This document shows positions 1 through 13,860 of a stretch of 64,000 nucleotides of DNA, in pieces. Origin of the DNA: Ginglymostoma cirratum (Eukaryota); the NCBI GenBank assembly GCA_024137785.1, contig JAHRHZ010000271.1:21493130-21557129 (forward strand), in the 5' to 3' direction. Under the pieces are notes generated by a model that saw only the letters and a program-made list of their open reading frames with translations, did not search any database and was not told the DNA's origin. Position 1 is the stretch's first letter, and each line of letters starts with the position of its first letter. Both the position numbers and the translations under genes were made by a program.

Positions 1-240
1 TTGAAAAGTGCTGGGGAAACCCAGGAGACCTGGTAGATTCTGAGGAGACAGAAACCCTTAATGTTTCAATTCTGATATGACTTTTCTTCAGAAGAGGCTT
101 CTGAAGAAGTCACATTGGACTCAAAATATTAACGATGTTTCTCCCTCCACAGATGCTGCCAAACCTGCTGAGTTTCCCCAGCATTTTCTCTTTTTATTTC
201 AGGTTTCCAGCAGCCACAGTTTTTTTTTTTTGCTTTTATT
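1..240. mobile_element. Old palindromic Penelope-like terminal element (two inverted arms, decayed hammerhead motif)
   Basis: Arms are roughly reverse-complementary around ttcttcagaagaggcttctgaagaag (~83-108). The right arm has CTGAAGA..gactc-AAAA-tattaac followed by ccacagatgctgccaaacctgctgagtttccccagca. Confidence 0.65.
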
Positions 241-635
241 TGTGTAGTTGCAGAAGCTTGCTGTAGTAATGCAATGATCATGAGCACAATAGGAGAACTA
301 TGTTTGGTGCTTTTCTGTGTTGTTAAACAATTAATTCACCAACAGTACTATTAAACAATACTATTAGACAGATGAATTACATAATTTATTTGCAAACTTT
401 AATTTGGTGCTTTTCTGTTTCACTCATGTACTGGATATATCTAAAAAGAGAGAAAGAATGAGTGAGTAAATGATATATAGTAAGAAATATAAATCTCCCA
501 TGGTCTGGTGGACCACAACATGTGCAGGTTTATCAGGCAGCAATGGACTGGATAGGCTTAGTTCCTTGAGAAATTACGTGCGTGTGCGACTGAATGCAAT
601 GCAATAGGAAAGATGAATAATGCTGAAAAGACAGG

Positions 636-720
636 CATGTTACTGAAGTTTGTCTTTTTGCACTCATCAGGACAAACACAAGATAGCCACATTTCAACTG
701 ATCACAGCAATGTATACAAG
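636..720 (-). mobile_element. Decayed PLE-type terminal fragment with hammerhead-like remnant
   Basis: Minus strand reads cctgatgagtgcaaaaagacaaacttcag. A related plus-strand copy lies near 34445-34500 (ctgatgagtactagatgaaaatctt). Confidence 0.35.
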
Positions 721-2884
721 AGAAAAGATTGCCGTTAGAATGATGACGCCGAATAGCAGGGTGAAATGGCTGTGATTATTCAGTTACATGCATACGATTA
801 AAAGCGGGAGTAATCTGTTTAATCCCTTGAGTCTACTCACTATTCAATACGATCATGATTGCCTTGACTCCACCTTCCTGCCTAGTCCTGATGCATTTTG
901 AGCTCTTATTAGTCCCTTATCGTTCGGATTTTAAATATATTTTACCTTGTAATAAAAAGTAGACTGGGCACTTTTCAGGTCTGAAATTGGTGGCATTTAA
1001 TTCATTTGTGAATTTTCACAAATACATGATGAGCAATAATCTGATCATTGCAAGTCTTTGTCTCACACTGTACCTTTGATCTGCTCTATTTTTGCCTTGA
1101 GCTTACAAGATGAACAAATCTAAGATGAACAAATGACTGTTACTTGAAATCCAAGGATGTTGTTAAGGCCAATTTTACAGCACATAAACATTTTAGTTTC
1201 ACTCTACCTCTGTGGAACGACAAACCAGTCAGGAAAAGTACAAATTATAATTGAGAGATGAGAGTGACAGTATATGTCTTGTTTTAGTTTTCTAAGAGGT
1301 TTACACCTCTAATTAAAAACTTTGACAAAACTATGTTATTTGGGATGAGATGCTTTTTTCTCTGTGTTGCTGTGAGGGACTGATATTTAAACCGGAGTCA
1401 GAGGAGGATGTTTATGATGTGCTTTAGTGGCGACCTTGGATATTGCGGCTGGCGTCAATCAGCCAAACCCAGACCATAGGGAATAAATAAATAAAGTGCT
1501 TTCATCTTAAACAAGTCGTGCCATGAAATGTAGAGGGAAAACAATCTTATATGGTATGAACTGAGAACTTGAGGTTTCAGAAAATAACAAATGCAATTTG
1601 CTTCTTAAACAGATTTCATATATTGTTAGGTAAATAGCATTGCTATCATTATATCTGCAATGCCTCTTTATCTTTCTGTATCAGATAGTCATGCAATAGT
1701 TTTGCTTTGAATTAATCACCCAGTGTATAGTCTTAGTAAAATTGTTGTATGACGCCTGAGCTATGAGACTGCAGGAGATATAGACAAAAACTGTACTCCC
1801 AAGTCTAGTCTACCTCAGAGAAACATCATGTGAGATCTACTCATGTATTAATATTTTTCTTAAAAATCTATATAATATATTCTGTTTAATAATGGTAACT
1901 ATATTGTTTGAACGACTATAGCATGTAAATGTGAGATATAATCAATTTATTAATGCATTCGGTCTGATATTTCAAGTCAAGCCTGAAATGTTTAAATAGT
2001 CGTGCTGAAAATAGCAGAGGAATTTCGTACGAAGGCATTAAAATGATAATATCACAATGGAATTTCACCCTTCCTCTGGTTTACAGAAAGCATGTTTTTT
2101 CCTTTTCCCTTGCCATTCCCACTGTTTTCCATTCATGAGTGAAATCTTGTTGGATTCTTTAAAATCTATTGTAGATCAGCACCTTGAAGAAATTCTTCAA
2201 TTAAAACTTGCAGCTTTGAAAGAAAATATTTTCTCAGTAAATTGCACCTTTAAAACTTTTGATCATGAACAGCTTAGCAAGATTTTATTACAAGAGATTG
2301 AATTAAGCAATTCATCAACAAATGTTGCCAATAGAAATCTTAGACACGTCCAGGCCTGCTCTTAATGCACCTTAAAAGTAATGTGGAATTCTAAAAAGTC
2401 AATATCTAACTAAATGGTAGCTTTTTTAGTGCTTCTGACCATCGCATTTCAGTAGAGCTTTTTGTTTGTTCAGAGTTTGCAGTTAGTTGGACAGCCTTTT
2501 CTGAAAATGGGTTCATTGAAAATCTAATTTGTTCTTTAATGAAGCTTGGTTGACAGATTAGGCATCAAGTGTCACAAACTGGAACATCACTGCAATATAC
2601 CTATGTGATATGGCATCAGCATTCTTCAGTCAGAATGACTCTATTCCTCAATTATTTCAGGAGATAAGGAATGTGTCAATTTGTCTTTTTATAATACAGC
2701 AAATCTACACAAGTGCCACGTGGCATCCTCACAGCTACATATTACATGCAATTATGCTCTTATTGCACATTGTTTCACTGTAAAGATGTCACCAACATTC
2801 TGAATATGTGCAAGGGAAAGTAGCTGAACGATGCACTATCATTCTTAATGTAGCGATAGCACTTGCATCCTTTGGTGGTGCTAC

Positions 2885-3467
2885 TGTAATTTTTAAATAG
2901 CTAAACTTTATAAGTATTTTGAAAGTTCAGATTTATTTTAAGATGTAAGAACAGTCTTGTGCACAAAGAAGTTAGTTCAGAACAGTTAAGAAAAATGTTA
3001 CTTCGGTATAAGGGTTTTAGTTGAAAACTGCTGACCAGAAGGTTAGAACCTGAAAGGGTTATTTAAAACTGAGAAAGTATAAGCTCAGTTGGATGACTGA
3101 CCAAGAAAGACTATCAAACTCTCAAGATAAGGAATTGAAAGAAATAATGAAGTGAAACTCAAATATGATGGAGAATAGAAATTTCCCTGGTATTTGAGTA
3201 CCACAAAATGATGGTGTTGAGTTAGATGGAATTACATTTTCCTGTATGTCTCAAAGTCTTTCAAATTGTGTTATTTGTAAGTATTTTGGTTTATTCCATT
3301 TTATCTTGTGTTGTTTTTTGCTAAAACCTAACTTGCAGCATTGTGCGCTTGTGTATCAATGAAACACTACCTTGGTAAATAAAAACAAAACAAAATAAGG
3401 TCTCTCAAGCTGGACTACAGTCTTAGATCTGACTTGTCCAACAATAGCATCTGCTGGGATCATAACA
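2885..3467 (+). mobile_element. Putative solo LTR
   Basis: Ends in ...ctgggatcataaca (LTR-type CA end) with AATAAA ~90 nt upstream. The 5' boundary is uncertain. Confidence 0.35.
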
Positions 3468-3544
3468 TGTTTCATATAGTGAGCATAATTTAAATTTGGG
3501 CATTTTCAAATGCTTTTATTTTTGTTCATTATAAACAAATAAAA

Positions 3545-5340
3545 TAAATAGGAGCAGGAGCATAGGTTCTCTCAAGCCCATTCAACACTGAGGCTGGTCT
3601 GCCTTTTGAATTCCATTTTCTCCTCTCTCCCCCTTCTCCCTTGAGTGATGAAGGGAACAGTTTGTCACAAACTTGATACACTCAATGATGGAGAATTCAC
3701 AACTTTTTAGGGTAGGGAATGTCTAAATTCACAATGCATTCTGAATGAGGAAATTTCTTCTCATCTGACATGTAAATGATAAATGCCTTTTCCTCAGACA
3801 GTCCTAGATCTCCATTCAGAAGAAACAACCTCTCAGCCTACTCTGCCAAATCTTGTACCTTTTAATTGAATATCTCACATTCTTATAAACTTCAGAGGGT
3901 ATCTAGTGAACGTTTGCTGTACTCCTTTAAAGCAAATATATCCTTTCTCAGATAGGGAAAACAAAACTGCAGGCGGCACTTCAAGTGAAACATTTGAGAC
4001 AATTGTGACAAGACTTCCTTATTTTTGTACTCCAATCCCTGTGCAGCCAAGAGGAACATGTAACTTGTCTTCTTAATTATTTGCTGTGGCTTCACGCTAA
4101 CTTTCTGCGTTTCTTGTATCAGTATATCCAAAAACATCAATACTTAAATGTTCCATGCTTAAAAAAAGACTTCTGCTTTTCTATTATTACTACCAAAGCA
4201 AATGACCTTACGATTTCCACTTTTGACCAATTTCTTGTCCATTCACATAACCTATCTATATCTCTAGCTCTCTTCACAGCTTTCATTGCAACTTAGATTT
4301 GCACTGTCAACAAAGTATAATCTATTACCCTCTCTTTCTTCATTTACATCACTACTAGAGGTAGAAAATAGCTGAGGCCTTAGCACTGATCCTTGTAGCA
4401 ATCCACGAGTTATTGTCTGGCATCTTGAAAATACCCTGTTTATCCTTATTCTCAGCTTCTTGTGCATTAACCAAACTTCTATCAATGTTAATATATTACT
4501 CACAACATGAGTCACTTATCAGAGATAACAAGCATGGGGCTGGATGAACACAGCAGGTCAAGCAGCATCATAGGAGCAGGATATGATGTTGCTTGACCTA
4601 CTGTGTTCATCCAGCCCCATGCTTGTTATCTCGGATTCTCCAGCATCTGCAGTACCTTTTATCTATGAGTCACTTATCAAGTACATTTACCTTAAGCGTG
4701 ACACCTTATCAAATAACTTTTTGAAATCCATATATATTACATCATCTTTATCTACCCTATTTATTATATCCTCAATAAAATTCAAATCCATTTGTCAAAT
4801 GCCATTCCCTTTTCATAAAAGAACGTTGACTCTGGTCAGGCGACAATTTTTGTAAGATATGCTTAATAAAAAGATTCCAACATTTTGCTGATGACCATTT
4901 TCACATTAACTGGCCTACCGTTCTCCATTTTCTCTCTCCTTTCTTTTCTGAATAGCACAGTTACATTTGCTAATTTCTAATCCAGAAGAATCTAGAATCT
5001 AGGGAATTTTCAAAAATCATAATGACTGAATCTGCTATCTTTGCAACTACTTTTTTAAAATCTCAGGACATTGGCCATCAAGTTCCAGGAACTTGTTGGG
5101 TTTTAAATATTTAAGTTCCTTAATACTTCCTGTCTGATGGTATTTATTATTTTAAGGCCCTCAACTTAATGGTCTCTTGGTTGCTCTTTATTTCTTTTTT
5201 CTACCTAATGTCTTGAACTGTGAAGATAGACACAAGATATTTATTCAAAGTTTCTGCCACTTTAATACTCTTGTCTCTGCCTATAAGGGATCAACATTCA
5301 CTTTAGCTACACTTCTTTATACACATGGTTTGTAAAAGCT
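3545..5340 (-). mobile_element. Decayed CR1 LINE 3' portion (RT region and tail), interrupted by a PLE hairpin
   Basis: ORF 4264-4515(-) reads WLMHKKLRIRINRVFSRCQTITRGLLQGSVLRPQLF...YFVDS, matching CR1 RT 'GVPQGSVLGP..F...KFADD'. CR1-like tail at ~3550. Confidence 0.8.
4522..4664 (+). mobile_element. PLE-derived hairpin insertion with 15-bp TSD (hammerhead region absent)
   Basis: Inverted arms 4522-4572 and 4582-4632 (49/51 match), 9-nt loop, 32-nt tail. TSD atgagtcacttatca at 4507-4521 and 4665-4679. Confidence 0.9.
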
Positions 5341-6204
5341 CACAACTTTGTTTTTTTTTAAAACTCATTTTGTGTAAACAATCTTGGTATTGTTGGAATT
5401 GATAACAGCATGAATTTCTAACTTTTACTGAGCGTAGTGCTTCCAACTTGGATGAAGGTTTCTCATTTAAACATTGGTAATAAAGTTGCATGACATAGTG
5501 CTGATGGTTACAGGACAGTTTTACATTCACAAAGTGAAATATTATCCAATTCATATATTTCTGAATGTATAGTGACATCACATGAGGCAACAAGAATGGT
5601 TGCATGGGTATAATATATATACCCCAAAGAATAAAAACCTGCCACTCAATTAATCTCCACAGTCCTTCAAAGTACATGATGAAGATACTGAAACTGTGTG
5701 CACAGGGAATTAAGAACTGGTAACTTGCATTCTATAGCTAAGGACAGCAAGTTGGATTAATGTTATCATGTAACCAGTGACACCTATGGATAAATGTTAA
5801 GGGTAGTTTTTGGTTTTCACAGTCATTGTTGCAGATCAACTTTAAACATGTAGCCAAAGAATTGGCTGTAAACCTAAGCTTCTGAGGGCACTACTCCTTT
5901 GATAAATAAATCTTGAAACAGCTCATTTTCTCAGCTACACAAGGACTAGAAAGCGTGTTTTAAAAGATTTTCCGTAAGAAAAATATTGAAATTATTTGAA
6001 AACTCAGATAGAACCACTAGTAATATTGATGAAATAATTCAGTATAATATTTTTACAAATAATTTACAGAGATTCTAAATCACATTAGTTACAGGTGACA
6101 GACGTCCTAAAATTTATTTCAGTTGTATTACTAAAGTTGCTTCAGCTTACCTCTCTAAAATACATCAAGGAATACTTTTAAATAGAAACAAAAACTTTTA
6201 TTTA

Positions 6205-6710
6205 TATAGTCACAGGTACATAGAGTTGTACAGCACGGAAACAGACTCTTTGGTACAACTCGCCCATGATGACCAGATACCCCAAATTAATCTGGTTCCA
6301 TTTGTCAGCATTTGGCCAATATTCTTCTAAACCCTTCCTATTCATGTACCCATCCAGATGCCTTTTAGATGTTGTAATTGTACCAGCCTTCACCAATTCC
6401 TCTGTAGTTCATTCCATACACGCACCACTCTCTACGTGAAAAAGTTGTCCATCAGATCCCTTTTAAATCTTTCCCCTCTCACCTTAAATCTATGCTCTCT
6501 ATTTTTGGACTCCCCTACCCTGCAAAAAATACTTTGGCTATTCATTCTATCCATGCCCTTCATGATTGTATAAATCTCCATAAGGTCACTCCTCAGCCTC
6601 TGATGCTCTAGGGAACATAGCCCCAAACTATTTAGCCTCTCCCTATCGCTCAAATCCTCCAAATTCTTCTAAGTCTTTTCTGAAACTTTCAGGTTTAACA
6701 ATATCCTATC
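6205..6710 (-). mobile_element. CR1 LINE 3' end
   Basis: ORF 6432-6662(-) reads ERLNSLGLCSLEHQRLRSDLMEIYTIMKGMDR...HRFKVRGERFKRDL, the CR1 ORF2 C-terminus. The 3' UTR tail follows. Confidence 0.9.
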
Positions 6711-6739
6711 AAACGGCATCTTTAAAATAAAGTGTTTTA

Positions 6740-8400
6740 CAGGTGCATTATTAATCAAAGTATGACTCTAAACAATCAGGCCAGATGACTAAAGTTTTGA
6801 ACAAAGAGCCAAACTCTAAGGAATGTCTTAAAGATGCAATGCACATTAGAGAGGTTATCCTGGACCTTGGGGCTTATATGTAGCTTGGAAAGATCAACCA
6901 CCAATGCTGGAGCAATTGGAATTGGCGAAGCCAGTGGAACCGGATGAGTACGCATACTTTGGAAGGTTTTGTGAGAACATAGGATATTACAGAGGTAGGG
7001 AGAAGCAAGACGATGGAGGGATTTGGAAACAAAGATAAGAATTCCAAAATCAAAATGTTGATCTGCTTGGAGCAAAGTGAATATAAGGGATGAGAGAGGA
7101 ATTGATTTTGCTGTAGGTTATGCACAGGCAATAAAGATTTGGATGGCCTCAAGTTTATGGAGGATATAATGTGGGAGACCAGCCAGGTATATGTTGGAGT
7201 AATCCAATCGAAAGTAAACAAAGGCATGAAGGAAGGTTTCAGCAGCAGACAAGCTGCTCCAGTTGCAAAGTCCTGTGACATCACACAGAAGGAAAAAAGT
7301 GGTCTTAATTATGGCACAAATAGAAGCTCACTGGATCAAATGTGATACCAGGGTTGTAGACAGACTGGTTTAATCTCAGATTGTTGCCAGGGAAAAGAAA
7401 GGAGTGAATCACTAGAAATCAAAGTTTGGAGCAGGGACGAAAAATAATGGGTTCCCAATATTTAAATTGAGAAAAGTTTTGCTCATTCAACATTGGCTTT
7501 TAGATATGCAATATGACAATTTAGTAACATCCAAGGAGTTAAGAAAGGTGCTGGAGAGGTAGAGCTTTGTATTATCAGGATCATCAATTCTGGTCGCCCA
7601 GTTATAAGAAGGATATTATTCAGCTGGAGAGGGTTCAGAAGGGATTTACCAGTTATAAAAAAAAGATAGGATAGACTGGGGATTTTATCACTGGAGCGTA
7701 AGAGGTTAAGAGGTGACCTTATAGAAATTTATAAAATAATGAAGGGTATAGATAGAGTTAAATGGTAATTGCCTTTTCCGTAGGAAGGGGGATTTCAAGA
7801 CTATTGGGGCACATTTTCAAGGTGAGAGAACAAGATTTAAAAAGACTGGAGAGACAACTTTTTTTCACAAGAGAGTGATTCACACATGGAATGAACTTCC
7901 TGAAGAAGTGGTGGATGTGGGTACAATTATAACGTTTAAAGGACTTTTGGATAAGTACATGAATAGGAAAGGTTTGGAGGGATATGGGCCTGGAACAGGC
8001 AGGTGGGACTAGTTTAGTTTGGAATTATGTTTGGCGTGGACTGGTTGGACAGGAGGGGCTGTTTCCATGTTGTATGACTGTAACTCTATGACATGTGAAA
8101 ACTAAAGCTATACCTTTGGATGACGTTCTTAGACAGCAGTACTTATATGCAAAATAGGAGCCACGCCAAAGATAGATCATTCAATCATATCAGAAATGTT
8201 CAGCATGGGTGTAGGAAAATAAATCATTGCAAATAATTCTCTGGTTAGACTAGATAGATAAGAAAGGAGTCAGGCGAGCATGGTCTGATCTAGCAGGACA
8301 ATAGTGAAGAGATATTGGAGGAGGATGGTGTAATCAGTGTGTTAAGAAATTCAGACAGGCCAAGGAGGAAGAGGTAAACTTTACGTTTGTCACAGTCACA
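6740..8400 (-). mobile_element. Decayed L2-like LINE 3' portion, split by a CR1 insertion
   Basis: ORF fragments such as HFDFGILIFVSKSLHRLASPYLCNIL resemble the L2 ORF2 C-terminus. The sequence resumes at ~8091 after the CR1 insert. Confidence 0.65.
7585..8090 (+). mobile_element. CR1 LINE 3' end nested in the L2-like element
   Basis: caattctggtcgcccagttataagaaggat...ggagagggttcagaagggatttacc (QFWSP.YKKD..LERVQKGFT), ending in a tatgact/ctctatga tail. Confidence 0.9.
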
Positions 8401-9911
8401 CAGAGCAAAAGGATTGCACTTATCACGAAAGATTTTGTATTTGTTCCCTTGAAAAATAATTTCAGCAGAAATTTAAATGAGAAGCTAATGAGTGCAATTT
8501 CAAGAACATTTTGTCTAAAGTGGAAACTCTACTCCAGAGTGTAGTAAATCTTTACCTTATTTTCACATCGGTGACATCCATTTGACTTTATTTAAATAAA
8601 AAGGCATCATCTGTCAGAATGTATATTTACAATGCTAAAAGACTGCCTCCTCTTTACTTATCCTTTATATACTTGGACTTTGCATAAAAAAAAGTCAGCC
8701 TTGAAATAGGACACTATACTAATTATGGGAGCAGGACCAAAATGCCACAACATATCAGCAAAGGAACACAGCCGTCAAATTGTCATGATGTCTTCAAAAG
8801 GTAATGAAAGATAATAAATACAGCTTCACAAAATAACAACTGATGAGTCTTTGTTCAAGACCAAATATCCTATCCATTTAATGTTCCCTAATTTTGTCAA
8901 AATATAACCTGCACTTACATTTAGTAAGGGATTTACATGCTCTGTAATTATAGAAAAAAATGTTTCATGGAAATAAATAAAGAAAGAAGAAAACATGCAC
9001 AAAATTAAATTCAGTAAAATGAGTGCGCAAAAGAACTTAAAGAAAATAACTGCTGTTCTTGGAGTCTTTTGATTCCCAGGATTTAGCTTTTCAATGTTGT
9101 GATAACTCTAGTCCCAATCCTGTAAACTGTCATGGCACATTACAAAATTACTGTGTTTGTATGAAGCATTTTACCTCGCCTTTGCAAGATTTTAATTACA
9201 ATTGGAAGTGGTTCGGTGTCCAAATCAACTGAATTATCACAAGCACTTAACAAAACTCCGGTATGACTTCAATGATATGCTTTTAAATAATGAGGCCCCA
9301 AAATACATTGGAATATTCTTCCCAAAGCAACTGATGCGATTGTCCTCATGTATACATGTAGAAGAACTAATGGTCTCTGAGTCACAAGTTTACTCTGATA
9401 CAACTGGAATTTGCAGTTTCCTAGAACCTGTCACATTGACTACTTTCAGTGAATGACTAACTTAGATTTATTTCGTTCCTTCAATGCCATGCAAGATAAT
9501 GAATAGCAAGGCTCTGTCACCAGCTCTGGTCTATTGTAATCTCTTTCGCTCCAGCAAAGGACATGTACCACACTTGAGGCAAGAAGTGATCCATGAACAG
9601 AATGGAAAGGGTAGCAGAAGTCTATTTTAGTTCAATCTAGCAAAAATATTACCAGTATTAAGAACAGCAGGCCACCATAATGAACGTAATGAACATGAGT
9701 TACTTCTTTTCAAGATTACGTCAGTGTACCAGTTCTCAAACTAAAATGGACTTCATTGTGAAGGTTCCTTGAACAGAAATAAGAATCATTGTTAATTGTT
9801 ATCAGTCCATACCATCAGAACATGACTTGGTTTTTATTTCTCACTCCACGATAACTTTTAATTTCTACTTTCTCCAAGGTAAACTAAGAAAACAGAAAAA
9901 TCTTAGTCTAG

Positions 9912-10071
9912 CTGACGTTTCGGGTCTGGATTCTTCTTCTGAAACTTTCTGAAGAAGGGTCCCGACCCAAAACTTTAGCTTTCCTGCTCCTCTGATGCTG
10001 CCTGGCCTGCTGTGCTCCTCCAGCTCCACACTGTTATCTCTGACTCCAGCATCAGCAGTTCCTACTATCTC
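9912..10071 (+). mobile_element. PLE-derived insertion with short inverted 5' arm, hammerhead motif and 15-bp TSD
   Basis: TSD aaaatctta(g/a)tctag at 9897-9911 and 10072-10086. CTGAAGA-agggtcccgaccc-AAAA at 9949. Inverted partial copy at 9912-9943. Confidence 0.9.
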
Positions 10072-12276
10072 AAAATCTTAATCTAGTTGGGCTATGTGAA
10101 TTGAGCTCCATTATTAAATCGTTCATCCCTGCTACACTATATTCAACTCCCAAATGTCAAAAATGTGCATTTTACCTATTTTATCTTTATTTTCCTCTAT
10201 GTCCATTTAAAACCCTGTAAAGATCCCTGTAACAACATCCCTGCTACTATTGGTTTGGACAGCTCAATAATCATGACAGTAGAAAACATATAAAATAATA
10301 TCCAATATCGCCCAATTAAAAAGTTAGGCAATGCTTAGGATACCATGCATTGCTTTGGGGACCAATCTTTTGAAATTGTGACATTACAGAGATCTCCAGA
10401 AGAGTAATAAAGTTGGGTCAGCAATTTATAATTCTAGTTTATGAAAGCCTCAGATAGAATTTGTCTTGAAGATGAAAATAAGGAGAAAGGACATGTTCTG
10501 TGTTGAAGGTATAATATAAATTAGATTTGTTGTTGCTTTTGATTTCTAATCTGACCAGAGGCAATGGATAACATTTATGTAAGCAAATCATTTGACTTGG
10601 AGCGTAAGCACCAAATTGTGAATGTGAAGGTACTAAATATACTTCTTGCTAACAAAATAATAGATATGTAGGATTCACAATAGACTTCAACACATTATTC
10701 TAAAACCCAAAATTAGCTTGACCAGCAATAGTGGTGTTGAATTTCATTAATTAGCTTTTTATATTCTTCGATCCTTTAGTGGCAAATTTACACCAGCATT
10801 TGCCAGTGAACTGATTAAAATCTACTGCACTATGCATACCAGTGAATCAGAAAGGGAGATTCATTGATCCCACTAATTTTGTAATTTGTAACTAATTTTG
10901 ATTGCCATCAGGTTTTCATATATCTTCATATATATTAATATTTTAATAGATAATCACTATAAAAGTGCTTGTTAGTGGCTATTTCGAACACATTCCTGAA
11001 ACCCCTGGGAATGAAGTACAAAGCTTAATAACTTATGGTCAAAAAAGGGGGTTAGCTTCCCAGACATGAAGATTATAACTTTTTGCCTATTACTTTTGGG
11101 TGTTTTGGGTTAAAGTAATAAATGTTACTGACTTGTTAAGATTCAAGTAGCATATTTATGGAATATGGTAGACTCATTTGTAGGCTGTGAGTTCACCCTC
11201 ACTTATCCAACACTTTCATCTTTTTTACTAAGCCTCGTCACCACCTTCTTGCGCTCAGGCACAGTAGTACTTCCACTTTGCTTGAGAGCCATCCAAAACA
11301 CAAAGGATATGGGGGCAAGTGTGAGAGCGAGATGTGCACAACTAACTTCAATGAGGCAAGCAAGAGAAGGGAGCTGCCGAGAGTATTTGAGCACATGTTG
11401 AGGGAGGGGTATGAGTGGGTATTCACATTTATATTCCTTCTAACCGTCTCCCATGAGGTTGTACGGCAGCCCAAAGCGCGCCACTTAAAATTATTTCTGG
11501 GTTACCACAAAATATGTGATTTTTGCCTGCAGACGTTGATTAATTGGTCACTTATTTCTTGGCACAAGTACGCAAATTCTCGAAAACTGATTTGGTGGAT
11601 ACAGAGGAATGACTGGACCATTTTTTAAGCTTGATTCCTAAATTAGATTTGTTTAATTGTTTATAGTAAAATCCATTGTAAATATCAAGTGTAAAAAAAA
11701 GACTATTAATAAATCAATTTGTTGTTTAATGTGTATCTAAGGGTCATCACAATTAGTAGATTTCACTACCTCACTTAATAAATAGAATGGAGAAAGTTAA
11801 GGGCATATTGAAGAGTTTACCATTATTTTAATACTTTTATTATTCTGTTATACTTTATTGAAGTCATAACGTGCTTCGTGAACCAGATTGTTATCTATTT
11901 CTTGTTGATACATATACAATTACAAAGGTCAGAAATCTAAACATATACTGTGGTTGATCCCAATCAATACTTGCGTGAACTATATCATGATATGAATGTG
12001 GGAATAATTAGAATTTATGGCTCACGTAGTGAGGTAATCAAACAATGTGATATTCTCATTACCGTGTCAACAATTATATGCTGCAGATTTGATCAGTTAT
12101 CTTTGTGGATTCGGAAGACATTTCACACAGCTTTTGAAGGTGTGTCTAATGTTTGGTTGACATTGGTCGGTACAGTATTTACTTTTCAGAGAACAAGTAC
12201 ACCTGTGGCTGTCAGCGTGAAAATGATTTTACTTAATTTGTTTTGAAAGTGTAGTTATATCTTGCAGTCTTGATAG

Positions 12277-12618
12277 CATCATAGAATCCCTACAGTGTGG
12301 AAACAGGCCATTCGGCCCAACAAGTCCACACCGCCCCTCTGAAGAGCATCCCACCCAGACCCATTCCCCTACCCCTGCATTTTCCCATGTCTAACCCATC
12401 TGACCTGCACACCCCTGGGCACTATGGACAATTTAGCATGGCCAATCCACCTACCCTGCACGTCTTTGGACTGTGGGAGGAAACCGGAGCACACGGAGGA
12501 AACCCACGCGGACACGAGGAGAACGTGCAAACCCCATACAGACAGTCACTCGGGGTGGAATTGAACCCAGGTTCCTGCTGCTGTGAGGCAGCAGAGCTAA
12601 CCACTGAGCTACCATGCC
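12277..12618 (-). mobile_element. HE1-type V-SINE (tRNA-derived head, V-domain, CR1-like tail)
   Basis: Minus-strand head ggcatggTAGCTCAGTGGttagc...GGTTCAATTCC (Pol III A and B boxes). Central gtgggtttcctccgtgtgctccggtttcctcccacagtccaaagac. Tail ...ccacactgtagggattctatga. Confidence 0.9.
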
Positions 12619-13109
12619 GGTTGAACAGTTTCCCTGATTCAGTTCAAAATTCTGACTTAACGATCCATTGCTAAATCATCCAACATAGCTGTATAAATTA
12701 ATTTGGATAGAACAGTGACCAATGCACATCCTTATTTTTCTCCATTCAAAACAATACAAGGTACAATCAATACAAATTCTTCCATTCATCTCATGCTGGA
12801 ACTGTTTCAGAAGAAGTTGAGCTATTGGCCCAAATTATTGTGGCATGGCAATGAACAGCAGCTGCCATTAGTCAGCATTTCCCTTGCTTATGTAATCTCT
12901 GAAATAATATGTGCTAAAAATTGCTGGAAATGAGAAATGCCTTTACAGACTTTTGCGGTGCACCTGTGATCTGAATGAACAAAGTAAGCAACTGTGTAAC
13001 TCCTTAACCTATGGAATTAACAGCACAATGGTGTGGAAGTTAAAATGATGACTTGAAGTCAAATCGGGTGCAGGAAAAAAATTAACTAAAGGGAAAGAGA
13101 GACTGAATT

Positions 13110-13130
13110 GAGAGAGAGAGAGAGAGAGAG
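13110..13130. repeat. (GA)n microsatellite
   Basis: About 10 perfect GA units. Confidence 0.95.
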
Positions 13131-13589
13131 CGCTAGAAAGAAAGAAGGAAAGAAAGAGAACTCCAAACAAAAAATTAAGGAAAATACCAAACAATTAGAA
13201 TGTGAAAGAATGAATCTCCACCTTTGTAAAATTTTAATTGTCAATGTCAAATATACTAACTGGTAGTAATCAATATTTGCTATGCCATTGAAAGACCAAC
13301 TTAATGTGATGTGTTTATTTCGTATGTACAGTGGAAGTATAAGTATTTCTCATTGGTTAGTGCATTTGGATGAAGATCTTAATCAATGAGATATCGCTTT
13401 GTTTAAGCTCACAACAATGCAGCTCATCTCCAAAAGCAGTCTTTTTACTCCTACATTTAACTCTGCATCCATCCTTGCCTTGCATTTTTTTGTTATTTAA
13501 CAATAATAAACACCATTTTATTTAATATTATTTTTATAGGAATTTTGGGCTAGTTTTTCAACCAGTTCTTAGACAACCATGCACAGGGT

Positions 13590-13860
13590 TATGAATCAGA
13601 AGTGGTCTGGATAGAGTAGACAGACACAAACTTCCTGTTCATAAAAGGAATAAGACTGCGAGGACACAGATTTAAGGTGATTCGCAAACGTAGCAGCTGT
13701 GATCGGAGTATTTTTTACATGAGTAGCGGCATATGTAACACAATGCCTAGAATTGCGGTAGATGCAGAGTCAATTGAAGCATTCAAGAGGGCACTGAATG
13801 ATTATTTGAGAGCCAGTGTAACTACAATGGGCTGAAGGGTTTCCTCTTTACACCATAACA
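13590..13860 (+). mobile_element. Decayed CR1 3' fragment
   Basis: ggtctggatagagtagac...gaggacacagatttaaggtg (GLDRVD...RGHRFKV) and gcattcaagagggcactg. Confidence 0.7.

Noticed and set aside
1107-1135. Short tandem duplication aagatgaacaaat x2 (similar ones near 341-368 and 34772-34811)
   Set aside because: Ordinary slippage duplications.
2057-2365. 102-aa ATG-initiated ORF (and similar ones such as 5303-5677, 30132-30566)
   Set aside because: No recognisable domain or splice structure, and the length is compatible with chance.
12540-12618. tRNA-like sequence with A and B boxes
   Set aside because: It is the head of a V-SINE, not a tRNA gene.
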